Source of the DNA: Octopus bimaculoides
Lineage: Eukaryota
DNA length: 64,000 nucleotides
NCBI RefSeq assembly: GCF_001194135.2
Contig: NC_068988.1
Span: 10,140,712-10,204,711, forward strand
Direction of reading: 5' to 3'
Below are positions 41,713-53,975 of the stretch, one piece after another (the first letter of the stretch is position 1; each line of letters opens with the position of its first letter). The notes beneath the pieces are model-generated. The model ran no database searches and was not told the DNA's origin. It saw only the letters and a program-made list of their open reading frames with translations. Position numbers and translations under genes: made by a program.

Positions 41713-41839
41713 GTGGCTACGAACATCACTCGTTATATATACATATGGATATATAGATATATGACGAGTGATGTTCGTAGCCACTTCAACATGGCTGTCA
41801 GTTCGAACGGACAGCCACGTAGAAGTGGTTACGAACATT
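41713..41839. other. Three-arm inverted-repeat structure: 21-bp perfect inverted repeat overlapping a 70-nt hairpin
   Basis: 41713-41733 is the exact reverse complement of 41764-41784. Separately, 41770-41799 pairs with 41810-41839 at 28 of 30 positions (two G-U on the + strand) around a 10-nt loop. Confidence 0.9.
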
Positions 41840-41902
41840 GCCTATTAGTACAACTATTGCGTTGAACTTTATATATATATATATATATATATATAAGTAC
41901 GT

Positions 41903-42517
41903 ATTTATTTATTCTTTTAGTTCTTTCAGCCATTTGAATTCGTCCCCGATGAAGCACCGCCTTTAGTCGAGCAAATCGACTAAAGACTTATCCCTTGTAA
42001 TCCTAGCACTTATACTATCGGTCGCTTGTGCCAAACTGCTAGGTTACGGGACGTAAACACACCAGCATCTGTTGTCAAGCGATGTTAGGGGGACAAACAA
42101 GCACACACAAACATATACACACATATACTCACACACATCCATCCATCCATCCATCCATCCATCCATCCATCCATCCATACATACATACATACATACATAT
42201 ATTTATATATACATACATACATATATATATATANNNNNNNNNNNNNNNNNNNNNNNNNNNNNNNNNNNNNNNNNNNNNNNNNNNNNNNNNNNNNNNNNNN
42301 NNNNNNNNNNNNNNNNNNNNNNNNNNNNNNNNNNNNNNATATGCGTGTATACACATGACGGGCTTCTTTCAGTTTCCGTCCACCAGATCCATCCCCAAGG
42401 CTTTGGTCTGCTCGAAGCAAACCAAAATCACTTGCTCAAGGTGCCACGGAGGGGGACTGAACCCGGAAGCATGTGTTTGGTAAGAAAGCTACTTACCACA
42501 CATCCACTCCTGCGCCT
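41903..42517 (-). mobile_element. SINE family B, full length with internal microsatellite and gap
   Basis: Head (reverse complement) AGGCGCAGGAGTGGATGTGTGGTAAG...CCGGGTTCAGTCCCCC...GGCACCTTGAGCAAGTG; tail ...CGACTAAAGGCGGTGCTTC...GCTGAAAGAACTAAAAGAATAAAAA. Confidence 0.85.
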
Positions 42518-42520
42518 ATG

Positions 42521-42560
<40 letters not shown>

Positions 42561-43419
42561 CATGCCTTCGCGCACGCGTGTGTCTAGTTAGCAATCATAT
42601 TATTAGAAATTATTATATGCATGCGCACTTATGTGTATGCATGGATACTCATTTGTTATAAAGTGATCTTTGCCAGTACACTCTTCAATATCTAAATGGA
42701 TATTTAATTAATTTTCTCTATATTACATAAATCACAAACTTATTAGCAAAGCTTCGACTCTTGTATTTCATCATGTCTGGAAGGTTTCGTGAATTAAATT
42801 TAATCTAGAATTCTAAGTAATTATCTTCAATATTCTGGATTTTAATTTTCGTTCGACTGTGAAAATAACAAGCGTGGCGGCTGATACTATTAATATATAC
42901 AAGTGAATAGTAATACATACGTTCGACATTGCAGGCCGTAGTTTACCACCTCTATATTTTAAATCTTGTTTTGTGTCACTTGTTTCTCGAAGGTCATATT
43001 TTAAGTAAGTCTTCCTGATATTTTTCTAACGAAAACAAATTGGCTTTACTTTTAATTAAAAGCAAAACAAAATGAAAAAAATAAGTTAATAACGAAAAAC
43101 TTATACCTACGTCAAACACAATTTTGTTTTTGTTAATTCTATGTGAATGAAAATTGATTTTTTGTAAATTAGATATCCTAAATTTCAAAATTTGATTATT
43201 TTTATACAATTTGAGAACAAATGTCATTTGCCAAATCTAAACGGGTATCGATGTTAGTCAGAATAGGTCAGCTTCTATAATAGACGTTTCTATTTTATAA
43301 ATCTGAAATGAAATGAAAGGAAAGTGTACTATTTATGAAGGTTTCTCGTTATTATGTATATATGGAGAAATTTTCATCTTAGACGTAGATATTCATATAG
43401 AAATCCAGATATGAAAGAT

Positions 43420-43805
43420 TATTTCTGTAGAATTGACGTGGTCATGTATAGAAAGAACACGCACATTTTCTAGTTTTTTTTTTCATAGTGGAAACTGAAT
43501 ACTACTTTGAAATAAATATAAACTCTGAAAAATAGTTATGCGTTGGAAACTATGGAGGAAGACTTTTAGTGCCATCGCTGTTATAAGAAAATGCTTCCAA
43601 TATTCTCATGAATCGCAACCTACTGATATTTAAAAAATATATACATCCAGCAGTGTAGTCACGGATGCCTGGAAATACACATTATAGTTGAGTATCATGA
43701 TTGAATGGTAATGGTCATCGATCACATTTCAGGCATGTAGGTAGGCTCATCTGTGGGTGTTGAAAACACATAAAATTTCAACGTAAGATGGAGTCAAGTG
43801 TTAGA
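43420..43805 (+). mobile_element. Merlin (IS1016/ISXO2-like) DNA transposase relic
   Basis: Across frameshifts: RIDVVMYRKN, LLIFKKYIHP, SVVTDAWKY (43655; compare I.PGS.I.SD.W.AY), VIDHISGM*VGSSVGVENT*NFNVRWSQV (compare VNHS..FVDP.TG.HT..IE..W). The order and spacing fit the Merlin DDE domain. Confidence 0.5.
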
Positions 43806-44403
43806 GCAGGAGAGTAAACTACACAGCCACTCCTGCGCCTATATTGTTTTTATCTAGATGCATATTGTATTTTTTTTATCAAGAGAAAATTGTTCCTGAT
43901 CATATATTTACATCTTATAAATTGAGACTTTTTGCCAGACATTCTCATCATTTGCTTCGCATAGTCACCAAGCGTTTGATAGTATTCATCTGTACAGGCT
44001 TGTACACTTGTACGCTTAGTGCTCAAGTCCTTTGCTCAAGTATATGTGTTGCAAATTCTATTTCATTGCTCACCGCTCAGTTATGGGAAAGAGTTCTCCG
44101 CAAATTTGCTTTTCAAGTAAGAGATGATTTACAATAATTTTCTATTTTTGCCATTGCCTCACCTATCTAGTTTTTAAATACAATCCGCTCTACGATGTAT
44201 TTACTGCAGCAGACACAGCAACAAATACTTCTACCTTGCATCATCAATCATATATTCTTGTCTAGACAGAACAATATTTCACGACAGTTTCTGACTATTC
44301 AATTTCCTGCTTGTCTCTTTTCAAAAACATGAAAATAAATTTGTTTGACATTGTTCCTTTTCACAAATAATGACATTCAGTTTCATCAACTGAAATGCTG
44401 CCT

Positions 44404-44615
44404 TCAAATTGTGGCACGAGGCCAACAATTTTGTGCATGGGAATAAGTCAGTGGTATCAAGCAAGTGCTCAGGCGATTCTTATCTTATCAACCACTAAAT
44501 AATGAAAGGCAAAATCGAAGTCGGCGTAATTTAAAATCATACTGCAAAAACAGATGAAATGTCGCTAGGAATTTTGCACGATGCGTGCTTACGATTTTGC
44601 CAGCTCCTCGCCTTA
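44404..44615 (-). mobile_element. SINE family A (older copy)
   Basis: Reverse complement TAAGGCGAGGAGCTGGCAAAATCGTAAGCACGC...TTGCCTTTCA...GGCCTCGTGCCACAATTTGAA. Confidence 0.75.
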
Positions 44616-44656
44616 TCAACATGTGAAATATTTGCATGACATTATATTAGATGTTG

Positions 44657-44870
44657 TAAGACGGCGAGCTGGCAGAAACGTTTGCACGCCGAGCAAAATG
44701 CTTAGCGATATTTCGTCTGTCTACGTTCTGTGTTCAAATTCCGCCTAGGTCGATTTTCCTTTCATCCTTTCGGGGTCGGTAGTCTAAGCACCAGTTGCGT
44801 ACTGGGGTCGATCTAATCGACTGGCCCCCTCCCCAAAATGTCAGGCCTTGTGCCTAAAATAGAAAGGATT
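44657..44870 (+). mobile_element. SINE family A, full-length reference-like copy
   Basis: TAAGACGGCGAGCTGGCAGAAACGTTTGCACGCCG...GTGTTCAAATTCCGCC (B-box)...TGGGGTCGATCTAATCGACTGG...GGCCTTGTGCCTAAAATAGAAAGGATT. Confidence 0.9.
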
Positions 44871-45094
44871 ATATTAAATGCTGTATTTCTTGTAATTTGT
44901 AATTTCCGCTTTATTCTTTTTAATGGATGTACATTTTTCAATATACATGTGCTTAAACGCATACATATATATTAATTATGTAATACACATTCACATGCAT
45001 ATATATATATTTCTCTTTCTCTCTCTCTCTCTCTAACTATTTATCTCTATATGTGTATTTGCAAATATATATATGTATATATGTGTGTGAGGGC

Positions 45095-45126
<32 letters not shown>

Positions 45127-45671
45127 NNNNNNNNNNNNNNNNNNNNNNNNNNNNNNNNNNNNNNNNNNNNNNNNNNNGTCTGTTATTTTTGTGTCATTGT
45201 GGTAGGGATGGTGGTTGTGTGTGTGTGTGTAGGTAGGTATATATTACGTAGAAAAAAAATAAAGGCATTAATTGCCACATGTGCAAAACATCGGCACTTT
45301 TTAGACCATATCAAATTATTTTAACGTAGTACTTCATAACTGCTTCCACAACTGCTTCCAAATAAATGCATATAATTTGTGATTTCTATTTGATTTTATA
45401 CATACATAGATATATTTACGTACATCCAGGTACTGACGTTCATATTATAAAATAAAATTATATACAGATCAATATATGCGTAACAATGCATTTCCTTGCA
45501 ACAAGTGTTCATAATGCTAATGGTGGTATGCAATTAAAATTACACAACACTACGCTTCGTATGCGATGTACCGGCTTCGATGAGTATATGTATAATTTGT
45601 ATGCACATTCCCAGCGGCAACATGGATTGCTTTCCTCGAGCACTACACACGCACATACACACTCACACACG

Positions 45672-45747
<76 letters not shown>

Positions 45748-45905
45748 TGAACACACGTATACGCGTACAGATGCACAAACACACACATACGCAAACATAG
45801 AAACGCAGACACATTTTTACGCATCCTATAAATGCACAAGTCTCTATATGACTTAAATACATGTAAGCACACGTATCTTAATGATGTAAATAGATACGTA
45901 TGTGC

Positions 45906-45944
<39 letters not shown>

Positions 45945-46407
45945 TAGATAGATAGATATATATATACATATATATATATACATATACATATATACATATA
46001 TATACATGTATGTATNNNNNNNNNNNNNNNNNNNNNNNNNNNNNNNNNNNNNNNNNNNNNNNNNNNNNNNNNNNNNNNNNNNNNNNNNNNNNNNNNNNNN
46101 NNNNNNNNNNNNNNNNNNNNNNNNNNNNNNNNNNNNNNNNNNNNNNNNNNNNNNNNNNNNNNNNNNNNNNNNNNNNNNNNNNNNNNNNNNNNNNNNNNNN
46201 NNNNNNNNNNNNNNNNNNNNNNNCATATATATATAAATATAAATGAGTATATTTATTTATTTATTTATGTGTTTCAGCCAAGTGGCTGCGGTCATGCTGG
46301 TGCATATATGTATTATATACACATATAGAGGAAAACTCGTATACAATATTTACATATCCATCCATTTGTGTGTGTATATATATATCTATATAAACACACA
46401 CACACAC

Positions 46408-46491
<84 letters not shown>

Positions 46492-46992
46492 GCAGAGAGA
46501 TATGTAAATATGTGGATTTCTTGTTCTGTTTTGTAGCACCATTTCATATAATACACGGATATATTTCTATATTATTGCTCAGGTTATTAATTATACTACC
46601 CAAGAGTTATTTTCTACGCTATATTATATACTTTTAGGTGAATTTATATTATTTGTCATGTAGATTCGTATGTGTTCTTTTTTCTTTTTTTCTATTACGT
46701 ATATTTTGCAAAATGATGACATCGAATTTCCAATAAATGAATAAATACGATACTTCGCGTATTGTACTACTTTTACTACCGTAATTCCATTCGTATAACT
46801 ATAACAGCAAAATACAATTTTCTCATATGCTGATGATGTAATGATGTAGTAGACATTGAAACCACTTCTTTGGTGTATTTGCTGCCTTGATATAAATCAC
46901 GAAGACGACTTATTACATAATGTAAATATATAAATATATATTTACATTATATAATTACGAACAGACATATACACAAACACAAATATACATGA

Positions 46993-47050
<58 letters not shown>

Positions 47051-47149
47051 GTAATACTGGTATCTTTAAAAAAAATTGCGCCTCCACTGTCTGGAACAAA
47101 ACCTGGAGTGTTATGCAGTGATATAGAATGGAAGATTCTAGAAGAGCTG

Positions 47150-47450
47150 GCACCAAACATCGCCTCCTATATCTTATAGCTGGTCCTGAACAGAGCGTCA
47201 CTGCATTGATACAAATGCTCAACGCTTCCAATCTTTAATAATGAAGAGGTACTCAAAACCCTACAGCTATTTAATATCATTCCACTAAACCTGAGTGTAA
47301 TATGTGAAATAGTGCTGGATGTTTCCGTCATGTACCTTGACATTTCGATGTCCAAAATCACAGATCGACCAACATCTCATCAAAGAAATTTAAACAAGCT
47401 AAGCAAGAACAAACTCCATCAATCACCAAAAGCCATGTACAGAGGAATGT
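47150..47450 (+). mobile_element. Probable Penelope-like RT relic
   Basis: LAPNIASYIL*...EEVLKTLQLFNIIPLNLSVICEIVLDVSVMYLDISMS resembles MAPSYAN...EEL..FL...N.FHP.IKFT.E.S...V.FLDI. Confidence 0.4.
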
Positions 47451-47599
47451 GCTTTGAGTAGATGATGGTAATGTTGATGCCGCAACATGCGCATAGCGTT
47501 TAGGCTGAAAATCATAAAGAATATATAAATAGAAGGTTCAGACATAACATTAAATTTTAATATGCTTATATATTTGTGCTGCAAGATTCTTGATGGATG

Positions 47600-48100
47600 T
47601 GAAATCGTGTGTTGAAACAGATATTGTTATACTTGAGGACGGTCATATTTTGCCAGTTAACCACGTGCACAATATCTGTGCATTTGGATTTTATGTATTA
47701 TACAGTCTGTATTTGTGTCTCTTTTCATCTCATTCTGTCTTTAATCTGTTGCGTAGTGTGGTGGAGTGGTGGGTGTTATTATTCATGTCTTCTGTTGAGA
47801 CCCGGTCTAGTTTATCTAGACTAGAACTATACGTGTGGCCTCCGTAATGTCTCTGAGTTTCGGGTCTCTTGATAATATCTTCACATACCTGTTATCAATC
47901 GAGTCTTTCAATCAAGCATATTGACAGAACACTGGCAAGCTTTAGTCCGCCACTGTTCTTGAGCGTCTGCTAGTATTTACCTACCCGTTCAACTATGCGA
48001 CTTGCTGTCTCGCTAATGCTTGTTTCTTGTGTATACATACACAAGACACACTCATGCCAAAGATAGAATGAGAACGAAGACATAACTCCACGCACACACA
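47600..48100 (-). mobile_element. Probable Penelope-like GIY-YIG endonuclease relic and 3' region
   Basis: Minus strand SSFSFYLWHECVLC...ISETASRIVERVGKY*QTLKN resembles SSNxIYxIxCxxC...YIGETxRxLxERxxEH...IKN. Confidence 0.4.
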
Positions 48101-48499
48101 TGCACGCAAACACACATACACTTAGATATAAAGACAAATAGAAACGCACGCGCATTTAATGATAGATGCCATAGAATGACAAAATGAAATAGGGCGAACA
48201 AGAGAAGACAAGTGGAACAAAGAGTTGCTGAATCGGAAATAGAGGATGTGTCATAAAAAGGATTTGACAAAGAAACTAAAATATATGATAATAAAGCTGA
48301 AGTGAAGACCAAACTGTGTGTTTAATTGGCAGAATACGATTCTCCGTAGGTATAACAATACATTTTTACAGTTTCACTAAATTTGATGGAAAACATGCAA
48401 TAAATCATCTCTGTTTGCTGAGTAGTGTTGCATCGTATGTTGGCTTCTATTCCTATCGAAATATTTTCTCGCCATTCACGATGCAGTGGACGTCCTGTT

Positions 48500-48610
48500 G
48501 TTGAATTTTGAAACTCTGCTGCGTCAAGTTTATCACATTCACTTTGTGGAAGAGAAGAGAGAGCATCAGTATTCCTATGAGACACTTGTATCTTGTCGAT
48601 GGCTCAAACA
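48500..48610 (-). mobile_element. Possible Gypsy/Ty3 pol RNase H end motif relic
   Basis: SHRNTDALSSLP resembles HxNADALSRxP, with HRQ just upstream in another frame. Only one short motif supports this. Confidence 0.25.
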
Positions 48611-50265
48611 GAGTTTAATCCGACTTTTTTGAAAGGTAAAAACATACACGAAAAAAGAAGCCTACCAAGAGTAGATAACATTGAGTTACAACAGAATGCA
48701 GAATCTGGATTTAGCTGGATGTATCCAGATACCTGTCGCACTCTTATGTTGCCATGACATTAATGGTATTTTCATTCGTTTATTTGAAAAGAAAGATGTA
48801 AGCGAATGTTGACGTTTATGGATTCGTCAATACAAATTTTAAAAGCTGTATTACTACATAATGGAAATTTAAAACCATCTCGCCATATCGCTCACTCAAC
48901 ACTTTTAATATATAATGCTATATTATCATGATGATCCCTTTTTAATGCAATTCAATACAACGGATGCCAATGAAATGGTAGGAATTTTCAAATAAATTGT
49001 GTTTTTCAAAAACATAAAAAGCACAATCATCAACTATCGATGCATTTTATGTCTTTGGGACAATCGTACAATTACGCAGCATTATTATAGAAGAGAATGG
49101 CCCACCTTCTCTGCATACTTTCCTGGAAGAAATATCATTTACTCATCCATTAATTCGTCCGAATAATATAGTTTTACTACCGCTTAACATAAAACTTCTT
49201 TCAATGAAAATATTTGCTGAAGCCATGCGTAAGAACGTTTCAAAATCTCAGAAATTTTGCAAAAACTAAATGAAGCGAAAATGAATAAGGTTTTTTTTTT
49301 ATGTAACCAGCCAAAATGTATTAGAAGCGAAAGGATTTGAGAAAGCATTATCAGAAACAGAGCTAAAATCTTCAGAAAGCTTAGAAATTGGTCGCTCTTA
49401 AGGATTCTTCGTTTCCATCTTAAGTATGAAAACTGACTAAAGCTTTTAAACATATGTGTTATCACGCACCTATTAAATTTTATTTCTTACGCATACAAGT
49501 AGATTACTTATTCTGAAAACCCTAGCGTTCAGCAATGCAAGTAAATTCTTCACAACGCCCAATCTACGGAAAGTCCTTAAAAAAAAACAGCAAAGAAAGT
49601 ACGGTGGCGCATCACTGATGGATTACTTACAATGATAACTCGAGTAGCATGAGCTGGAAACTGCGCATATTTTCCCCATTTCTTTTTGTGGATGGTTTGT
49701 ATACAATATATGCGCTTATTCATGTAATATACATATACTCTCTATCTATCTATCTATCTCTCTGACCTTTCTCTCTCTCTCTCTCTCTCTCTCTGTATAT
49801 ATATATGCAGACACACACATACGCACATATATACATATATACACACACACACACACCGATACACACACATCTCTCTTTATATATATGTGTGTGTACATAT
49901 ACATATACATATATATATATATACATATATATATGTACACATCTATTGGTGTGTGAGCGTATGTGCGTCTCCTTTTATTCATTTCCCAATGATCCTCATC
50001 TTCTTGAACGAAAATTAACATCTGCTGCAAAGCAAATGCATCGCTTGCATAAAGAAAAAAAAAACACGTTCACAATCTGCATTAGATATTCTTTACAAAA
50101 ATGCAAATTATTTTCAGAAATCTGATGAAGGAATATTTCAACCGCCTTAACACAATTGTCATTCAATGCTTTGCTGATCTTTCAAGTAAAGAAGACTATT
50201 CTCGCTACACGATACATTTTCGTATTAATTTTCCTATTGCTAATACACACAGACGCATATGTGTG

Positions 50266-50314
<49 letters not shown>

Positions 50315-50352
50315 TTGTACGCATGCGCATATATATAAGACTGAGCCTTCAG

Positions 50353-50655
50353 GATCGTTAGCACGCCGAGCAAAATGCGGAGCAACATTTCCTATCGTTT
50401 TTCTTTTTTATGTTCTAAGTTGAAATTCCGCCAACGTTGACTGTGTCATTCATCTTTTCGGAGTCGATAAAATAAGTACTAACTGATGGTGGTGTGTTTA
50501 CGTCCATGTAAGTTAGCTGTTCGGCAAAAGAGACCGATAGAATAAGTGCTAGGCTTACAAAGAATAAGTCCAGGGGTCCATTTGTTCGACTAAAGGTGGT
50601 GCTCTAGCATGGCCGCAGTCAAATAACTGAAACGAGTACAATAATAAAAGAATAT
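50353..50655 (+). mobile_element. Chimeric SINE: family A 5' part (50353-50480) fused to family B 3' tail (about 50483-50655)
   Basis: ATCGTTAGCACGCCGAGCAAAATG...GGAGTCGATAAAATAAGTACTA followed directly by ACTGATGGTGGTGTGTTTACGTCC...GAGACCGATAGAATAAG...CATGGCCGCAGTCAAATAACTGAAAC. Confidence 0.75.
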
Positions 50656-51994
50656 AATCGAAGGATTCTAATGCTGGTTGTTAGCTGTCTAGAATGAGTG
50701 GCTGGTCCAGTTTTTCTGTGAGCCAGGTCGTTGATGCCAGACTTAGGAGTAGACAGGCGTAGGTTTGTTTTTTTTTTTGTGTGTTTTCATCCCACGGTGT
50801 TCGATATTTGTTGTAAGACTGAAGTTGGCATTTTCTTACTTTAAGCTGTGAACTGGTCAAGAAATATCGAAGTCCTTTTGGCAACTCGTGTGGCATTATG
50901 TCTTTACTTTATTACACATACACACACACGCACACACATACACACACGCACACACATACACACACACACACATACACATGCACACACACATTCACACCCA
51001 CACCCACATACACACACATGCACACACATACACACACATACACATATACACACGCGCACACACACACGCACATACACACAGACACACAGATACACACGCA
51101 CAAGCACGCACAGGCATGCACACAAACACACACACTTCTATATATATATATATATATATATATATCAATGTGTATGTGAACTGGGAATTATTGTGGTCAT
51201 TAAAACACACACGTCATAGTCTCTTTTACGTTCGTTTTATCAACTTGTAATATTAGATATGAGATTCGTTCAGGAAACACCGAAAGTCTGCCCTGTGACA
51301 CTATTTTTTTATAGTTTAGAAGTTAATATAACTTGACCGCTGATTTTCATAAGAGAATTAGTTATTTCTTGCTTCGATTCCATTCTTCTTGTTATTGATT
51401 TTCTAGTGATGCTGTGCTTATGGTTCACGCACGTATTACCACGATCTTTTGTTTCATGTCTTTTACGCCATAGTGTATGTTATCTTTCCGTTCATAGATT
51501 ACTAAACGTTAATTCTATAAAACTGTTTTGCATGCATTCTCAGTGTTCTGTATCATCCAATATTACTTTGAACATTCTCTGTGATGCTATTATTGGGTTA
51601 TAATTGCCGAATATATTATGTAATGTTGTAAGAAAGTGTATTTACTTGAAAACAATATCTCCGAACTTTCTTCTTTCTCTTTATATTGTTCTTTCTTCTT
51701 TGATATAATTCCACAGTTGTTACTGCTATTTTTCTACCTTAGCAAAGAATTGTTTAAAAATGTAAACATTTCGTCTATTTCACGTGTATTATTACAATGT
51801 ATGGTGTTCGCTAGTCAAAGTTCACGTTAAAAATTAGTAAACAAGTATTATATTCTAATAATACTAAATTTTATGTCGTCTTTAGTATCTCGCAAAGTGA
51901 ATGCACATTCATGTTTTGACTTAAATATCAACTATACGACGATATTATTAGATTTCCAATCCTCTTAACTAGATCGTACATACACGGCAAATAT

Positions 51995-52395
51995 TAGTTT
52001 CAAGTTGAGGCTAACAAATTTGAAGGAGGAAACAAATTGATTACATTAATCATAGCATTCACGTGATACTTTTTAATGGTATCAAAAAGATGAAAAGCAA
52101 TGTCAATCTTAGCAGAATTTGAACTCGTAACGTTAAGATAGACGAAATGCCGGTAAGCATTTAGCCCAACGTGCTAACGGTTCTGCCAGGTAACAACCAT
52201 AAAACACAGACAATATTCATTTCAACTGTTGGCACGAGGTCAGCAATTTTGGTCGAGAGGTAAAGTGATTCCATTGACAACAGTACTCAACGGGTGCCTA
52301 TTTTGTCGCCCCCCAAAAGGATTAAAGGCAAAGTCAACCGCCGCGGAATATGAACGTAAAGACGGACGGAATGATGGTAAGGATTTATACCGGAG
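51995..52395 (-). mobile_element. Two tandem degenerate family A SINEs (51995-52190 and 52213-52395)
   Basis: GAATTTGAACTCGTAACG...GCATTTAGCCCAACGTGCTAACGGTTCTGCCAG and TTGGCACGAGGTCAGCAATTT...AAAGGCAAAGTCAACCGCCGCGGAAT. Confidence 0.7.
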
Positions 52396-52444
52396 TAATA
52401 TATATATATATATATATATATATGCATATACATGTATGCATATA

Positions 52445-52858
52445 CATGTATGCGGCTGAGTCGTAAGAAGCTTACTTTTCATATATATGGTTCCGTTTTC
52501 AGTCCCTCTGCTTAGAATCTTGAGGAAGAGTCTTCTAACTCGATAGCCCTTGGCCGACCAATTATATCTGGATAGATATATTAAACAGGAACTCCCATCC
52601 TCTCTGTGTGTGTGTGTGTGTGTGTGTTTGTGCGTGCGCGCATGCATGTATATGCATGTGTATCTGTACCCACCATGGCTTCACAACCTGTGTTGTTTAC
52701 CACCCCCCAACTTCCGGTTTGGGTGATAAGGATTGCCCGAGATTAATTGTCAGTCTTTAAACAATTAGATTTGTTGTCGATTTGTTCCCCTAAACGATTC
52801 AAGTTGGTACCACATCATTCTGGCTTTGCAATGACTGAAACTATTAAAAGGTAAAATT
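52445..52858 (+). mobile_element. Degenerate SINE family B
   Basis: Head GCGGCTGAGTCGTAAGAAGCTT...GGTTCCGTTTTCAGTCCC...GGCCGACCAA, internal (GT)n, tail ...GTCGATTTGTTCCCCTAAA...ATGACTGAAAC. Confidence 0.55.
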
Positions 52859-53792
52859 NNNNNNNNNNGCTTTGCAATGACTGAAACTATTAAAAGGTAA
52901 AATTTTGTGCGTGCGTGCGTGTGTGTGTGTACATTCATATGTATGTATTCTAGCACATGCCGATCTGTATGCGTAGATATAAGTGTATACATTTGTAAAC
53001 ATCAATATTATTTTCGTTTCAAGTATTTCAATTCTATAACATTTACAGCTTAAAGTATGCGAAAAATAACTGCATTTGTCGTTGAATCTGCTTTCTATAT
53101 TGGTTCAATTATTTCATGTTCGATTGAGTTACTTTATCTCTAGTGATTATCTCGCAAGTTATATTCGTTATATTTACTTAATTGTGCACATTCTTTTATA
53201 TTTTCTTCACGATACCTTCAATAGAACTAATTTATTATTGAGACAGTATTTTTCTATGAATTCATTTGTATGAAGTGAATGTAAATATTTTCATTAAGTC
53301 TGCATGGCACACAGAGAAATCTGAACAATAGCTTTCATCCAAATATATAGCTATATAAGATTTAATATATGATGTAGCTGAAATAAATCTATTTGTTACA
53401 AGTGCTCTGTAAAGAATTCTTTATATAACATTTATGAATCTATGAAATAACAATGCCTGCAAGAATGACAGTGGATTGTCTGAAATAGTGAACTTATTAA
53501 TCCTATCATGAGATTATTATTTCTCTTATATCATATGTTTAAAATAAAGTTATCTGCAGTCACGTTTCAAATTCAAGTTTGATAACTAATATTTCAATCA
53601 CCGTTGATAAAATCCATTTTAAATTTCCTGTGTATGACAAGATGATATTTATTTCATCATTTATATCATCAAATATTAATATACTTTCTGGTATTATATT
53701 ACCTTATATAGAATATGATAACCTAGAAGATAGTTCGAGAATGACATATACATACCTTAACAGGTATTTCCATATAGGTATGCCAATGAACT

Positions 53793-53853
53793 AAGATGTA
53801 ATCGATTCATCCCTTCGTCCAAAATTGCCACCCTTGTGGCAAAATTTGAAACC
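53793..53853 (+). mobile_element. SINE family A 3' tail fragment followed by (CTT)~40 (53854-53977)
   Basis: GATGTAATCGATTCATCCCTT...AAAATTGCCACCCTTGTGGCAAAATTTGAAACC then a CTT array. Confidence 0.6.
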
Positions 53854-53975
53854 CTTCTTCTTCTTCTTCTTCTTCTTCTTCTTCTTCTTCTTCTTCTTCT
53901 TCTCCTTCTTCTTCTTCTTCTTCTTCTTCTTCTTCTTCTTCTTCTTCTTCTTCTTCTTCTTCTTCTTCTTCTTCT

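Noticed and set aside
52823-52904. Direct repeat GCTTTGCAATGACTGAAACTATTAAAAGGTAAAATT on both sides of a 10-N gap
   Set aside because: Typical unmerged contig overlap, so an assembly artefact.
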